A stretch of 61,078 nucleotides of DNA, the filler included, from Sphacelaria rigidula (Eukaryota), in NCBI GenBank assembly GCA_964200075.2. It is 9 parts of 9 records of this genome, joined end to end, with 100 filler letters (N's around TTAATTAATTAA, not from the genome) between each part and the next. Parts side by side here need not be neighbours in the genome. Positions count along the whole stretch, not along the records: positions 54,382 to 61,078 come from CAXNAA020018551.1; 8 more parts are not named here. One strand, given 5' to 3'. The notes beneath the pieces were generated by a model that saw only the letters and a program-made list of their open reading frames with translations, had not been told where the DNA came from and did no database searches. A program made the position numbers and the translations under genes. Below are positions 60,013 through 61,078 of the stretch, in pieces (the first letter of the stretch is position 1; the number at the start of each line of letters is the position of its first letter).

Positions 60013-60704
60013 GTGAGACAATGTGTCATTAAGCAAGCAGCACTGATGCTGGTCACGTTGGCGCTAATACTAACGTCAGAAGCAGTGAAAGAAAAAAGTT
60101 AGAGTCGGGCACGTACTTCGATCGGAAGTGTGCAGGCTTTGTACTGGGCTTTCAAGTCTCGTTTTGGAATGTCGTTGAATTAATATACACCAAAGATACC
60201 ACTATAATAGAGGCATCTCAAACTCGAGCTTCCAGGTACATTTAACCCTAACTTACAGGAAAACATACCGGGAACCTCGAGTTTGAGGTACTTCTAATGA
60301 CAAACGAATTGTTTCGCGATACAATGAAGTTCCCCACACATCGTGTCACACAACATATGTTCATGGCGATGTATCGGGTATACATATATATATATATATA
60401 CATACATTCATGGCGACGTATCGGGTACATATATTAATGGCTACGTATCGACGGGACCTTGCACTCCTCGTGGGCTCAAGTAATATTCGCGGAATGGAAG
60501 ATTGAGACGGGACGCACATGAAAGGTTCGTGCTACGTGCAATATTTCACATACTGCACTGCTGAATGGGACACTCTGATTCGCTAATAAGCCGTGCCACA
60601 TATAGCCCTTTGTTCTCGTACGTGCTGCAGTTCATATTGCAAAACAAATTAAAACCATGCCGAGTCCTGGGCCACATCGTTTGGTTGTGCCATATGGAAC
60701 ATAG

Positions 60705-60838
60705 ATCCGACAAAGGCGTTCTACCAGTTCGCGGCGCAAATGCGATTTGACAAGAAGGTGAAAGGATTGAGCTTGGGCCAAGGGCAAGGACAAAAGGCCT
60801 CCAGGTTGATCGAGGATGCCAGTCAGAAGGGAACATGG
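60705..60838 (+). CDS. Axonemal dynein heavy chain, exon (AAA6)
   Basis: DPTKAFYQFA..SLGQGQGQKASRLIEDASQKGTW; phase-compatible. Confidence 0.93.
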
Positions 60839-61078
60839 GTGCGTACAACATTTGCAAGATGTAGCAATAGGAAACATGCACTAGCGGTTTCAATCACACG
60901 AATACCCTTTCGGCGGAAATTCAAAACTACCAACATTCAGTTGACTTTTTGAGTGCCCACAGTTTCTGTTCCGAAGTTTATTTTCCTGACAGCCCCGTGA
61001 GTTGTTCATGTGATGGTTTTGCACGCGCGGGCGTCGTGGGGGAAGGGGGGGAGGGGGGGGGGGCGTACTCATTTGATG

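Overview
This window is not one continuous locus. It is nine short contigs of nearly equal, non-increasing length (6699, ~6698 x3, 6697 x5), joined by artificial N44-TTAATTAATTAA-N44 spacers, so adjacency across spacers means nothing. The DNA is eukaryotic and intron-rich. Short exons in long introns, an axonemal dynein, a GT47 gene and RTE/copia/MITE/tRNA-SINE repeats point to a brown alga (Phaeophyceae); this is inference. Recoverable gene fragments: 8 exons of an axonemal dynein heavy chain (one probable GC-AG intron), 2 exons of RPL38, 2 exons of an exostosin/GT47 glycosyltransferase, 3 exons of a DUF389-like membrane protein, 2 exons of an EF-hand protein, 2 exons of a coiled-coil protein and several exons of an orphan gene. 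The rest is a dense, often nested repeat landscape: decayed copia gag/RT with a candidate LTR, 5'-truncated RTE LINEs, three tRNA-headed SINE families, at least eight TIR/MITE families, long foldback repeats and a ~59-bp minisatellite carrying three insertions. I see no convincing new multi-gene system. The best leads are a 2-kb TIR element with a 5-bp TSD and a decayed ORF of unrecognised family, a poly-G-headed hairpin-bearing repeat family, a near-perfect 35-bp hairpin and a compact multibranched RNA-like structure. Repeat boundaries were read by eye and are approximate unless a TIR or TSD fixes them.
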